DNA from: an uncultured bacterium
GTDB taxonomy: Bacteria; Actinomycetota; Acidimicrobiia; Spongiisociales; UBA5794
DNA length: 64,000 nt
Direction of reading: 5' to 3'
Assembly (NCBI GenBank): GCA_963801165.1
Contig: CAWDDT010000010.1
Coordinates: forward strand, 192,001 to 256,000
Position numbers and translations under genes: made by a program
The notes under the pieces: model-generated
Database searches by the model: none
Told to the model about the DNA's origin: nothing
What the model saw: the letters and a program-made list of their open reading frames with translations, nothing else
Shown: in pieces, positions 48,458 to 59,049 of the stretch
Position numbering within the stretch: position 1 is the stretch's first letter
How the letters are laid out: each line of letters starts with the position of its first letter

Positions 48458-49228
48458 ATGGACGTTCGCATCGACGGCAAGGTGGCGTTGATAACCGGGG
48501 CAAGCCGTGGCATTGGCGAGGCCACCGCGGCTGAGATGCTGGCGTCGGGTGCCGCCGGGGTGACGATCACGAGCCGGAAAGAGGACAACATCGCGGCAGC
48601 CGCCGCCCGTCTCGGTGGCGAGCGTGTCCTGGCTCTAGCGGCGCGTGCCGACAAGGAAGAAGACGCGATACGGGCCGTAGCGGCAACGATCGAGCGATTC
48701 GGTCGTCTCGACATCCTGGTCAACAACGCCGGGACCAATCCCGCCGCCGGGAACCTGGATACTGTCGATCTAGGTGCGGTCGCCAAGACGTGGGAGGTCA
48801 ACCAGCTAGGGCCGCTGCTGTGGGCGCGCGCCGCATGGCACGGGGCAATGCAAGAGGGCGGTGGTGCCATCGTGAACGTGGCGTCGGTGGGCGGTTTGCG
48901 GGTGGGTCCCCTGCTCGGTGCCTACAACATCTCAAAAGCAGCGGTTGTACACATGACCCATCAGCTGGCACTCGAGATGGCCCCCGGGGTGAGGGTAAAC
49001 GCGGTAGCGCCCTCGGTGGTGCGGACCCGGTTGGCTGCGGCGCTCTGGGAGGGCGTCGAAGAGCACACCGCCCGCGCGCACCCGCTCGGGAGGATCGGTG
49101 AGCCGGCCGACGTCGCCAACGCCATCACCTTTCTCGCCTCCGACAACGCCTCCTGGATCACGGGTGTTGTCCTCCCCGTCGACGGTGGGGTGACCGGCGC
49201 CGCCGCCGCTCCCGGCCTGGGGGGCTGA
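48458..49228 (+). CDS. SDR oxidoreductase
   Basis: TGASRGIG, NNAGTNP, YNISK and PVDGG motifs. Confidence 0.92.
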   Translation: MDVRIDGKVALITGASRGIGEATAAEMLASGAAGVTITSRKEDNIAAAAARLGGERVLALAARADKEEDAIRAVAATIERFGRLDILVNNAGTNPAAGNLDTVDLGAVAKTWEVNQLGPLLWARAAWHGAMQEGGGAIVNVASVGGLRVGPLLGAYNISKAAVVHMTHQLALEMAPGVRVNAVAPSVVRTRLAAALWEGVEEHTARAHPLGRIGEPADVANAITFLASDNASWITGVVLPVDGGVTGAAAAPGLGG

Positions 49229-49280
49229 TCCGCGGTTGCTGCGACAGGAGAGCCGCCGTGGGGCGCCGATGTCAGCAAGT

Positions 49281-50513
49281 TCAGTCGAATTCGCCTGAAG
49301 CGTGCCGTTTCGCCAACTCTTCGAGCGTGTAGCCGGGGTAGCCGTCTTTCGCCCATGCCACGTACGCCTCGGCGCTGGGAACGTCTCGACCGAGCCCAGA
49401 GGACAGCAGGAAGCGGTGGTGGAGGAAGTCGGTGTATGCCTGAACCGGTTCGAGGTCCGTTACTTCATGGCGGATACGCTGCATAAGTGGCTCGAACACC
49501 TGCACCCGCCACATCATTGCCGACACGTCCTTGGTGGGGGCGCTTCGAAACGGCTCGCGGGCGCGGTGATAGTGCAGGTCGGAAAGGATCTGACGCGCCT
49601 GGTTCTCGGAAGCGTCGATCCGGGTCAGCTGGCGTAGCCGGCTGGAGTGATAGTTGCGTCCGCCGACCTGGATCCGCATCCGAACCCTGTTCCCACCCGA
49701 ATCGTCCGGTATCAGTGTGACATCACCTACCTCGAACCCCAGGTCGTTGAGCCGCTGGATGCGGGCGCGAATCAGGTGACGCTCTGTGGGACCGACGACC
49801 TGGTCATCTTTGAGCTCGTTCCAGAGCGCTTCGTACCGGACGATGACATCGGTGCCAAAGCCCAGGTCTGCGTCGTCGAGGTCGCGTCCCAACGACATGG
49901 CGATGTCGGCCATGCCGCCTGCGACGTTGGTTTCCATGATGTCGAGGTCGTGATAGCGCTGGCCGTCGGACAGATGTTCATGCAACTCGACGGTCTCGGC
50001 ATCGATCATCAGTGCTTCGATGGCGTCGGCGTCGTACCGATACAGCACATTCGACAGCGAGCAGTCACCCCAGTAGCACCCGGCGAGATGCAGCTCGACG
50101 AGCAACCCGGCGAACGCATCGAGCAGCTGTCCTCGCCGTGCGTCGAAGCCACCGTTATGGATGAGCTCACGATACGTGAACGTAAACGGGATGAATTGGG
50201 TGATGACGGCGGATGACCACTCCTCACCCTTGTCCACCCAACCTCGTTCGACTACCCCGACCGGGACCGCGATCGGGCGAAGACGCTCGCGCAATGTTCG
50301 CAGCGAGTCGTGCTCGTGATGCGCAAGGTGCCGGGGCAACTCCTTGATCGCATAGAGCCCCTCCTCATAGGAGACGAACACGATCGGGTGGCGGTGGACA
50401 CCGGTGGGCAGATCGACGACGCGGCCGCCGGTCCATTCGGCCACCGTCTTTCCCCAGGGCAGGTCCAGAAAATCGGGATGGCCGGGGCGGATGGAGAGGG
50501 TCGGTATCGACAT
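49281..50513 (-). CDS. DUF4032 domain-containing kinase-like protein
   Basis: FLDLPW, YAIKE, LLVELHLAG.YWGDCSLSNVL and IDAET motifs. Confidence 0.8.
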   Translation of the reverse strand: MSIPTLSIRPGHPDFLDLPWGKTVAEWTGGRVVDLPTGVHRHPIVFVSYEEGLYAIKELPRHLAHHEHDSLRTLRERLRPIAVPVGVVERGWVDKGEEWSSAVITQFIPFTFTYRELIHNGGFDARRGQLLDAFAGLLVELHLAGCYWGDCSLSNVLYRYDADAIEALMIDAETVELHEHLSDGQRYHDLDIMETNVAGGMADIAMSLGRDLDDADLGFGTDVIVRYEALWNELKDDQVVGPTERHLIRARIQRLNDLGFEVGDVTLIPDDSGGNRVRMRIQVGGRNYHSSRLRQLTRIDASENQARQILSDLHYHRAREPFRSAPTKDVSAMMWRVQVFEPLMQRIRHEVTDLEPVQAYTDFLHHRFLLSSGLGRDVPSAEAYVAWAKDGYPGYTLEELAKRHASGEFD

Positions 50514-50617
50514 GGCTCACCCTGCCTGAGGAGACGGGATGTTGAGATCGGGACACATTTCGGCGGAAACCGTACCACGGCAGGACGGTGCCGGTTCGAC
50601 ACTGATAGTGTTGCGCC

Positions 50618-51052
50618 ATGTCGCATAAGCTCCAGGTCACCTTCGATGCCGCCGATCCTGCGGCACTTGCAGATTTCTGGGTGGCTGCCCTCGGCTATGT
50701 GCTGCAACCACCGCCCGAGGGTTTCGCATCCTGGCCCGATTGGCTGCGCGAGATGGGGATCCCCGAGGAGAGCTGGAACGATGCCGCTGCCGTGGTAGAT
50801 CCCGACGGGGAGGGACCGCGTCTCTTCTTCCAACGGGTGCCGGAGGGGAAGACGGCCAAGAACCGCGTCCACATCGATGTGGGTGTCTCGGGTGGTCCTT
50901 CAGTTGGCTATGACGAGCGCGTCGCCGTGGTGGACGGGCACGTCGCGACCCTGGTTGGTCTTGGGGCATCGCAGCTCGAGATGTTCTCCGAGCGCGGGGA
51001 GTACTGGGTGGTCATGCAGGACCCGGAGGGCAACGAGTTCTGCGTCCAGTGA
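50618..51052 (+). CDS. VOC/glyoxalase-like protein
   Basis: TFDAADP..LA.FW..ALGY, KNRVHID and DPEGNEFCV motifs. Confidence 0.9.
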   Translation: MSHKLQVTFDAADPAALADFWVAALGYVLQPPPEGFASWPDWLREMGIPEESWNDAAAVVDPDGEGPRLFFQRVPEGKTAKNRVHIDVGVSGGPSVGYDERVAVVDGHVATLVGLGASQLEMFSERGEYWVVMQDPEGNEFCVQ

Positions 51053-51055
51053 CGG

Positions 51056-54000
51056 TCACTTCCGGTAGCTGAGGCCCCGGTATCCGGTGACGAATCCGGC
51101 CGCAAGGAGTGCGGCGGAATAGGGCGAGCTGTGTGCCGACTCGCTGTTGATCTTGTTGATGGATGTCTGTTTGCTACGCCATTTGGCTACCTCGATGAGA
51201 CCCGAGGCGAGCAGATCGGGATCGGTGTTCCAGGTCAGCACCGACCGGGCGCCGCGATCGACGAATGCGGCGAGCCTGCCGTCGGTGAGGATGACGTAGG
51301 CGCCCGCATGGCGGCCGGGCGACCCGACCTCATGGTCGGGCCAGGGGACCGCACCGCCGTACGGGTTTGCCGGGTCGGCGGCCGCGAGGACGTCGATGCC
51401 GCGCGATTCGCGATCACGTAACCGGTCGATTGCACCCGGCAGCCCGAATTGTGCTCCGCCGAGACCCTCGACGAAGTACCCACGCCGGACCCGGCCGGTG
51501 TCCTCCATCGCGGCGAGGACCGGGTAGAGACCGGCGAAACCGCCGGGTATGCCCTCGGCGAGGACGGCGGTGCGGGTGACCACCCCGTGACGCTCGAGTA
51601 GCTGCTCGGCGACCGCCTTGGCCCGCAACTCGGGTGAGAGTGGTGCTGTCTCGTCCCACAGGCTGGCCACCAGATACCAACGCCCGGAGGCGGCAGGAGG
51701 GACGGAGAGACGGAGGTTCGGCCTAGGCGTGCTGCGCCGTGTCTTCGCTCCGGTGAAGGCGCGGCATGGGTGCATAGGTGTCGTTGGTGACCTCGCCGGA
51801 CCAGACGAGATCCCAAAGAGCGTCGATGACCGGCTGCATTTCCCCGCCGCCGGCCGCGGCATAGATGTCACCGAAGAAGGAAGCGCCCCGGGAAGAGAGG
51901 TGTGCCCGGACCAGCTCATGGATCGTCTCGGAGGGTCGATCGCCCGTGGGTGGTTCGAACAACAGCCCGGCGTGGTCGCGGTAGTACAGAGCGACCTTGC
52001 CGTCGCTCGTGCCGAGCGGCCCCGCACCGATCCAGACGAGCTCGCCGGACGCCAACATGAGGTCGAGCTCACCGGGGTTGTAATCCATCCGGGCTGCCAG
52101 CACGTCCTCTTCGAGGATCGAGGCGGGTACCGGTCGACCTTGTAGTGATCGGATCGCCTCGGGGAGCCGGACCGGGGCCGGGCCGTGGGTGCCGATGCGG
52201 TGCCACGCCGGGAGGAACGAACCGAGCCGGTCGGTGTCGACGGCTTCGATCTCCTTGCGCAGCGCGGCGAGTGAGCGGCGCCGGAGCCTGCGCAGCACGT
52301 CGAGGTCGACCCATTCGGTGCCGACGCCACCCGGCTGATACGCCCCCGCCGCCACCCGGTTGTCGCGTTCGAGACGACGAAGCACTTCGACGACGGCCGC
52401 CTCGGGGAGACCCAGGTCGGTTGCGATCTGATGCGACGTGAATGGGGCGTGGGTCCGGGCGTACCGGCCGACCACGTCGCCGAGCGGGTCGGTGACGGGC
52501 TCGAGCAGCGCTTCGGGGATCCCGGGAGGCGGTTGTACGCCCAGCGCGTCCCGGAGTCGGGCGACGTCCTCGACGGCGGCCCACCGTTGCTCTCGGCGGA
52601 CACGGACGGCGACGATGCGTCGGGTCGCGGTCAGCTCGTCGATCCACTCGCCAACGGCCTTCGTGTCGGTGGATCGGGCTTGCAGCTCTTCGGTCGACAA
52701 CGGGCCGAGGGTACGCAGGACGTCGGTGACGGCGTCGGGCCCCCGCACGTGACGATCCTCTGCGAGGTGCTGTAGCTCGAGCTCCACCTCACTGATCACC
52801 GCCGGGTCGAGCAGATCCCGGAATTGCGGGTCGCCGAGAAGCTCCTGGAGAAGATGCCGGTCGAGGGTCAGTGCGGCGGCACGCTTCTCTGCGAGCGGTG
52901 CGTCGTACTCGTACATGTAAGAGGCGATGAAGTCGAACATGAGCGACGTGGCGAAAGGGCTCGGGCCTTCGAGGTCGACCTCGCTGACCCGGGTCGTGCG
53001 GCGGGCGATGTCGGTGAGCAGCCGCCGCAGCCCCGGTAGATCGAAGTAGTCCTGGAGCACCTCCCGGTATGTCTCGAGAACGATGGGGAATGCAGGGAAC
53101 CGTCTGGCGACGTCCATCAGGTCGGACGCCTTGCGCCGCTGCAGCCAAAGGGGCGTGCGGCTGCCCGGTCTCCGTCTTGGCAGCAGCAGGGCACGCGCCG
53201 CCGCTTCCCGGAACCGGGAGGCAAACAGAGCGCTGTGCCCCGTTTCCTCGAGCACCAACTCGTCGATGTCCTCAGGCGCGATCACGAGCTCGGTTGTGGC
53301 GGGCCGGTCGTCGAGGTCGGGGAAGCGGAGGATGATGCCGTCGTCGGACCAGACGACATCTGCCTCGACCCCGTGGGTCTCGCGGTAGCGGCGCCGGGCG
53401 GCCAGCGCCCACGGGGCATGCACCCGGGCTCCGAACGGCGTGAGCACAACCATGCGCCAGTCGCCGATCTCGTCGCGGAACCGTTCGATGACGATGCTCT
53501 TGTCGGTGGGAAGAACGCCGGTGGCGGTGCGCTCTTCCTCCAGGAATGAGGCGAGGTTGTTCGCTGCCCACGGATCCAGCCGGTACTCGTCACGGAGCGT
53601 GGTGGCCGCGTCCTCGGGCTTCATCCGGCCGAGTTTGCGGATGAAGCCACCGACGGCCTCGCCGAGCTCGGCTGGACGGCCGGGACCGTCGCCGTGCCAG
53701 AAGGGGAGCTTGGCTCCGGGCTGGCCCGGTGCGGGCGCAACCACCACGCGGTCACGCGTCACCTCGGAGATCTTCCAGGACGAGGAGCCGAGCACGAAGG
53801 TGTCGCCGACACGGCTCTCGTACACCATCTCCTCGTCGAGCTCACCTATCCGGCCGCCGTCGGGGAGAACCACCGTGTACAGGCCCCGGTCCGGGATGGT
53901 TCCCGCGTTGGTGACGGCGAGCAGTTTGGCATTGCCGCGCGGTGCCAGCGTGTTGGCCACCCGATCCCACACGATCCTGGGTCGCAGCTCTGCAAATTCG

Positions 54001-55436
54001 TCCGACGGGTACCGGCCGGCGAGCATGTCGAGAACCGCCTCGAAGGAGGCACGGGTGAGGTGCCGGTAGGGAAGGGTGCGCCTCACGAGGTCAAACACCG
54101 TGTCGACCTCCAGCTCCTCGACGGCAACCATGGCCACGATCTGCTGAGCGAGCACATCGAGTGGGTTCTGCGGGATCACCGTGTGCTCGATCTCGCCCCG
54201 GTACATCCGCTCGACAACGACGGCCGTCTCGAGCAGGTCGCCGCGGTGCTTGGGAAAGACCCGCGCTCGGGAGGGTGCACCAACCTGATGGCCGGCGCGG
54301 CCCGCCCGTTGTAGGCCCCGGGCGACTGATGCGGGCGATTCCACCATGACGACCAGATCGACTGCGGCCATGTCTATGCCCAGCTCGAGTGTCGAGGTGG
54401 CGACCACACCGCGCAGTTCCCCGCTCTTGAGCCTGCTCTCGATCTCGACCCTCTGTTCCCGGGACACCGACCCGTGGTGTGACTGCACCAGCTCTTCGCC
54501 GGCGAGCCGGTTGAGCTCTGCCGCCAGACGCTCGGCGAGCCCGCGGCTGTTCACAAACAGAAGGGTCGAAGTGTGCTCGAGAACGAGATCGAGGAGCTTC
54601 GGGTACACGGCAGGCCAGATCGACTTGCGTTCGGGGTGCTCACCGACGGGATCGGGGGGACCGGTCTCCTCGGGTCGGGTCATATCCTCGACCGGGACGA
54701 CGATCTCGACCTCGAGCTGCTTCTCCCAGGGAGCGTCGACAACCGTCACCGGCCGGGCCCGCCAGTCCGATTCCGGTGTTTCCCGTACCCCGCCGCCGAG
54801 GAACTCGGCTATGGCTGCCAGCGGGCGTTGTGTCGCCGACAACCCGATACGCTGCGGCGGGCTCTCGGTGAGAGCGGAGAGCCGCTCGAGGGTCAGCGCC
54901 AGGTGGCTGCCTCGTTTGGTGGCGGCGACCGAGTGGATCTCGTCGACGATGACATACTCGACCGACGCCAGCATCTCGCGTGCTTGCGAGGTGAGCATCA
55001 GGTAGAGGGACTCGGGCGTGGTGATCAGGATGTCGGGTGGGTGGCGGAGCATGGCGGTACGCGCGGCAGGTGGTGTGTCGCCGGTTCGCATCGCAGTCGT
55101 TATCCGGGGCGGTTCGACGCCGAGTTGTGCGGCGGCGAGATGAATGCCGGCGAGCGGGGCACGCAGGTTGCGCTCGATGTCGTAGGCGAGTGCCTTCATC
55201 GGTGAGACGTACAGCACCCGGCACCGTTCTCGCTCCGGTGGGATGGGCTCGACGGTCAGCCGGTCGATCGCCCACAGGAAGGCGGCCAGCGTCTTGCCCG
55301 ACCCGGTGGGGGCGTGGATCAAAGTGTGCTCGCCCCGTGCGATTGCTTCCCAGCCCTCGCTCTGGGCCCGGGTAGGCGCGGCAAATGAGGCCTCGAACCA
55401 GGCCCGGGTCGCAGGTGAGAACCGATGCAGCGCCAT
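51056..55436 (-). pseudogene. lhr: Long-form Lhr DEAH helicase with a single +1 frameshift near 51764 (pseudogene or sequencing error)
   Basis: APTGSGKT, VDEIH, LSAT and QRAGRAGH in 51723..55436; the C-terminal Lhr motifs RRGYFVEGLGGAQF and AAADPANPYG are in another frame down to 51056. Confidence 0.9.
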
Positions 55437-55444
55437 CAGATGTC

Positions 55445-55466
55445 AGGGTACCCGGTGCTTGCGACA
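55445..55466 (-). promoter_or_regulatory. PafBC/RecA-NDp-like promoter TGTCGC-N10-TACCCT for lhr
   Basis: Matches TGTCRG-N10-TANNNT with one mismatch; ends 8 nt before the lhr ATG. Confidence 0.55.
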
Positions 55467-55492
55467 TGAACCGCCGAGCTGTCTGGAAGCAG

Positions 55493-55596
55493 CTGGAGAG
55501 AATGACAAAACCGACTTAGGCACAGGGCGCGGGTAAGACGGTCCAGTAACTGGGGAAAATGACAAAATCGACTTACGCGCACAGTCGCGCGTAAGA
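55493..55596. repeat. Two imperfect ~46-bp direct repeats (57-bp period) with an internal hairpin
   Basis: CTGGAGAGAATGACAAAACCGACTTAGGCACAGGGCGCGGGTAAGA and CTGGGGAAAATGACAAAATCGACTTACGCGCACAGTCGCGCGTAAGA. Confidence 0.75.
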
Positions 55597-55738
55597 ACCG
55601 GGGTTCCGTCTCTCGGGCAGGGGATCTGGCCAAGCCGATGGCCATATGATGGCTTGCTCGATAGCCGATAGCCTGATGAAGCCCGACCTGTCGGCTATCG
55701 CGTCGACGGAATGAGGTACCTCGATCAGGTGTTGGGAG

Positions 55739-56023
55739 TCAGCGTGTGGAATCGGCCTTACGACGCTCGCTCAAGCGGTGTCTTCTCGCACCGGGGCGTG
55801 AGTCGTACGTTGTGGAACCCGGGCCTCGGTGCGTGGGGGCGTCGATAGGGTTCCCGTCGGTGTCGACGATTTCCTCGTACTCGCCACTGAGGGAGACGGC
55901 TTCGTTCTCATCATCCATTGTTTGCACATCATCCGTGCAGGGTGGGGAGGCAACTCTGATCAGCGCCATGGCGAACAGAAGACCGGCGGTGTATACGCCG
56001 GCGATGATATGCCACACGTGCAT
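55739..56023 (-). CDS. Small hypothetical protein with an N-terminal TM helix
   Basis: SD GGAGG before ATG 56023; hydrophobic N-terminus, acidic middle, basic tail. Confidence 0.45.
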   Translation of the reverse strand: MHVWHIIAGVYTAGLLFAMALIRVASPPCTDDVQTMDDENEAVSLSGEYEEIVDTDGNPIDAPTHRGPGSTTYDSRPGARRHRLSERRKADSTR

Positions 56024-56243
56024 GGAGCCTCCATCGTGCCCATCGGCCCCTTTGCCCCAAATCTGTAGTGCAAGAGTGTGCTTTCTTGCATTGCTCCCTG
56101 TGCGTACCAATGATCGCCAGTGCTTCATGGTTCGGATACGGGTCTGTTGTCCTTGTCGGTAGGGCCTCTATGCCTCACCGGAGGTCGTCGGATTCCGGGG
56201 TGTCTTCGGCTTGAATCAAAGCTGAAGCTCTGGAGGATCATCC

Positions 56244-56873
56244 ATGGATATTGCGGTCAATCTCGTCGAGAACTATCTGCGGCTCACCGGCTACATGACG
56301 TTGAGTGAGTTCGAGGTGCAGCGGCGTGACAAGGACGGTCGGTTCAAGTCGGTGACCGACATCGACATCATGGGGATCCGGTTTCCCGGTGACGTCTACC
56401 TGGGCGACCCGCGCGGGGCCGCCGACTACGAGATGCTGCTCATCGACGATCCGGTGCTCGAGCACGAGGACAACACGATCGATGTGATCGTCGGTGAGGT
56501 TAAGCAGGGCCAGGCTGAGTTCAACCCCGGCATCAAGGACCATGGGGTACTCCACTCGATGTTGCGCCGGGTCGAGTGGGTCTACGACGTCGGTGTCAAC
56601 GATGTTATCGACGGGCTGCAGCGGGAGGGCCTGCACCGGACGCCCAGCAAGGGCGGTGCGATCGTGCGCACCCGCCTGGTCGCATTCGGGCGTAGCTCGC
56701 ACTCGAACCTCAACACGATCTCGATCAGCCACATCGTGACGACGATGCTCGAGTTCTTCGAGAAGCACGAGGATGCATTCCGGCCCATCCAGTTCCGAGA
56801 ACCGGCGCCCGCCCTGCTCAGCCTGCTGTTGAAATCGGGGTTCGACGTCAACAAGACGAGGGGGGCGAACTGA
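56244..56873 (+). CDS. Hypothetical protein, probable PD-(D/E)XK nuclease fold
   Basis: LVENYLRLTGY, DIDIMG and VIVGEVK motifs; SD GGAGG. Confidence 0.65.
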   Translation: MDIAVNLVENYLRLTGYMTLSEFEVQRRDKDGRFKSVTDIDIMGIRFPGDVYLGDPRGAADYEMLLIDDPVLEHEDNTIDVIVGEVKQGQAEFNPGIKDHGVLHSMLRRVEWVYDVGVNDVIDGLQREGLHRTPSKGGAIVRTRLVAFGRSSHSNLNTISISHIVTTMLEFFEKHEDAFRPIQFREPAPALLSLLLKSGFDVNKTRGAN

Positions 56874-56947
56874 AGGCGTGAACCTCGGAGTGCGGTTTCG
56901 ATTCTTGGTGAGGGTGCCCGCTGCGGGTCCCCGCGAGGGAGAGGGAG

Positions 56948-58171
56948 ATGCAGGAGATCAGCGAGGACCGCCGAATGAAACCAAACAGACCCCACAGCAA
57001 ACGGTCATCTGTGTGGCGACGCTCTTTCACGACGGTTTCACTTGTGAGCGGAGCACTCGTCGTGGGGGTACTGGCGCTCCTCATCCTCGGCGCGTTCGTC
57101 CCCGGCATCCCCGTCGTGGGTCTCTTCGGATCGATCGTCTCAGGCGTCGTCGGCTGGATGGCTCTCATCTTGGTGGTGGCACTCGGCGTGGCCGTGTGGC
57201 TGCTCGTCCGGAGGCGGAATGCCTGGCGTATCGCGGTGACCGGTGTCATAGCCCTCGCTGTGATCGGCAGCGTCACGATGACGATCCGCCTCGTGACGGT
57301 TGGCACCCAATACGGTGTCTCCGTCAATCCTCTGGCGGGTTCTCCCACGACCACACTCCCCGACGAAACTGCGCAGTACTCCGAGTACGACGGTGAGCCA
57401 CTGACCGTTGCCATCTGGAGACCCAAAGGGCAGGTTGCTTCGGGTGACGCCCCCGTAGCGCTGTTCGCCCACGGCGGCGGCTGGAGCGAAGGCACCAACA
57501 TCGACGACAACTCCGGTGTCAAGCAGGATCTGGCCGATCGCGGCTGGCTGGTGGTCAGCGTCGAGTACACATTGTCGTCACCCACCCATCCCACATGGGA
57601 CCTGGCCGAGGCACAGATCGGGTGTGCGATGATCTGGGCATCCGAGAACGCTGGCAGCTACGGCGCCGACGCATCCCGCCTGGTCGTTCTCGGCGATTCC
57701 GCAGGCGGCAACCTCGCCATCAACGCGAGCAGCCGGGCGAACGCGGGCGCTCTCACCCCGTCGTGCGACGGAGACATCCCCAGGGTGTCGGCTGTCGCTA
57801 CCGTCTACCCGGGCGTCGACCCGTACGGTCTCTACGCGCGAACCATCCCGCTGGGTGGAGAACCGGGCAGGAACCCCATCACCCAGTACATCGGCGGCAC
57901 TCCAGACGAGTTCCCCGAGCGCTACAAGGCTGTCGCTTCTTCGACGTACATCAGCTCGATGATGCCCCCGACACTCGTCATCCAGGGTACAAACGACCAC
58001 CTCGTCGATCCCGGGAGGGTCTACGACTTTGTGGACCAGGCGAGAGATGCCGGAGCCGACATCGAGCTTGTCCTCATCCCCTACGCGGATCACGTCTTCG
58101 ACGCCTCCCCCATCGGGGCGCAGCTCTACAAAGGGATCACCCTCAACTGGCTAGAGGACCACGGCTTCTGA
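56948..58171 (+). CDS. Membrane-anchored alpha/beta hydrolase (esterase/lipase)
   Basis: Three N-terminal TM segments; HGGGW, GDSAGGN, GTNDHLV and ADHVFD motifs. Confidence 0.88.
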   Translation: MQEISEDRRMKPNRPHSKRSSVWRRSFTTVSLVSGALVVGVLALLILGAFVPGIPVVGLFGSIVSGVVGWMALILVVALGVAVWLLVRRRNAWRIAVTGVIALAVIGSVTMTIRLVTVGTQYGVSVNPLAGSPTTTLPDETAQYSEYDGEPLTVAIWRPKGQVASGDAPVALFAHGGGWSEGTNIDDNSGVKQDLADRGWLVVSVEYTLSSPTHPTWDLAEAQIGCAMIWASENAGSYGADASRLVVLGDSAGGNLAINASSRANAGALTPSCDGDIPRVSAVATVYPGVDPYGLYARTIPLGGEPGRNPITQYIGGTPDEFPERYKAVASSTYISSMMPPTLVIQGTNDHLVDPGRVYDFVDQARDAGADIELVLIPYADHVFDASPIGAQLYKGITLNWLEDHGF

Positions 58172-58263
58172 GACCTAACGTGGTCGGGGGTTGCGCCCGT
58201 TCTACGCCCGGTCCACAGGGGGCCGGCGAGTTCGAGCGCGGGTCGCACGACTGACGACTCGTG

Positions 58264-59025
58264 TCAGTAGGTGCGGACGACCTTGATGGCGGCCTCGGCC
58301 TTCTCACCCTCGGTCTTTAGCGAGCTAGCGGCAGAGTCCATACGATGAACCGCGATCCGGCACCATTCCCCCGCGATGCCTTTGATGATGTCGGTGGCGT
58401 CCTCGGGGCCGTAGACCCAGCGGGAGTAGCTCGGTCCCATCAGCTCCAACCGAATGCCGCCCTCTGGGAACTCCTCGCCGGCCTCGGCAAATGCATACGG
58501 GAGCATGCGATGAGCCAGCCAGGCGACGTGACGGATGCGTGATGTGTCGGCGGTCGGGTCGTCTTCTTCATCGTAGGTGAGCCGCCCCTCCATTGCGTCT
58601 TTGATGTCCAGACCGTGCGCCCAGGTCTCCATCAGACGCAATGTGGCATAGGCGCGGGCGCTCATGTCGCCGCTGAACCAGGGGACCCGGTCGCCGCCGT
58701 CCATACGCGAGAGCGCATCGACGACGTCGGCGCGGCTGTTGCGCCACCATTCGATCACCTGCTGGTAGCGCATCTTGCGACCCTCTTTGACCCCCCGCGC
58801 GGTCCACTCGTCAATGTCGTCCTTGTTCACACGAGAAACGACCTTTTTCCCGTCGGCAAGCACCTCGGCGGCGAAGCGTTCGGAGTAGGCGAGGTGGCTC
58901 ACCGTGTCCTTGATGCTCCAGCCGGGCGCAGAAGTCGGCAGATTCCACTGCCGCTCGTTGATCCGTTGCAGGAACTGGTCGAGGGATTGTTGCTCAGCTA
59001 CGAGGTCAGAGAGTATCTCACGCAT
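58264..59025 (-). CDS. MDMPI/DinB-like metal-binding protein (TIGR03084-like)
   Basis: WSIKDTVSHLA and RLMETWAHGLD motifs. Confidence 0.85.
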   Translation of the reverse strand: MREILSDLVAEQQSLDQFLQRINERQWNLPTSAPGWSIKDTVSHLAYSERFAAEVLADGKKVVSRVNKDDIDEWTARGVKEGRKMRYQQVIEWWRNSRADVVDALSRMDGGDRVPWFSGDMSARAYATLRLMETWAHGLDIKDAMEGRLTYDEEDDPTADTSRIRHVAWLAHRMLPYAFAEAGEEFPEGGIRLELMGPSYSRWVYGPEDATDIIKGIAGEWCRIAVHRMDSAASSLKTEGEKAEAAIKVVRTY

Positions 59026-59049
59026 CAGGACCGCATTTTACTGCGCCCC

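Noticed and set aside
55673-55715. CTGATGA followed by a stem, suggesting a hammerhead ribozyme
   Set aside because: The required GAAA after stem II is absent.
56154-56176. TGTCGG as a second PafBC-type promoter
   Set aside because: There is no TANNNT at the required 10-nt spacing.
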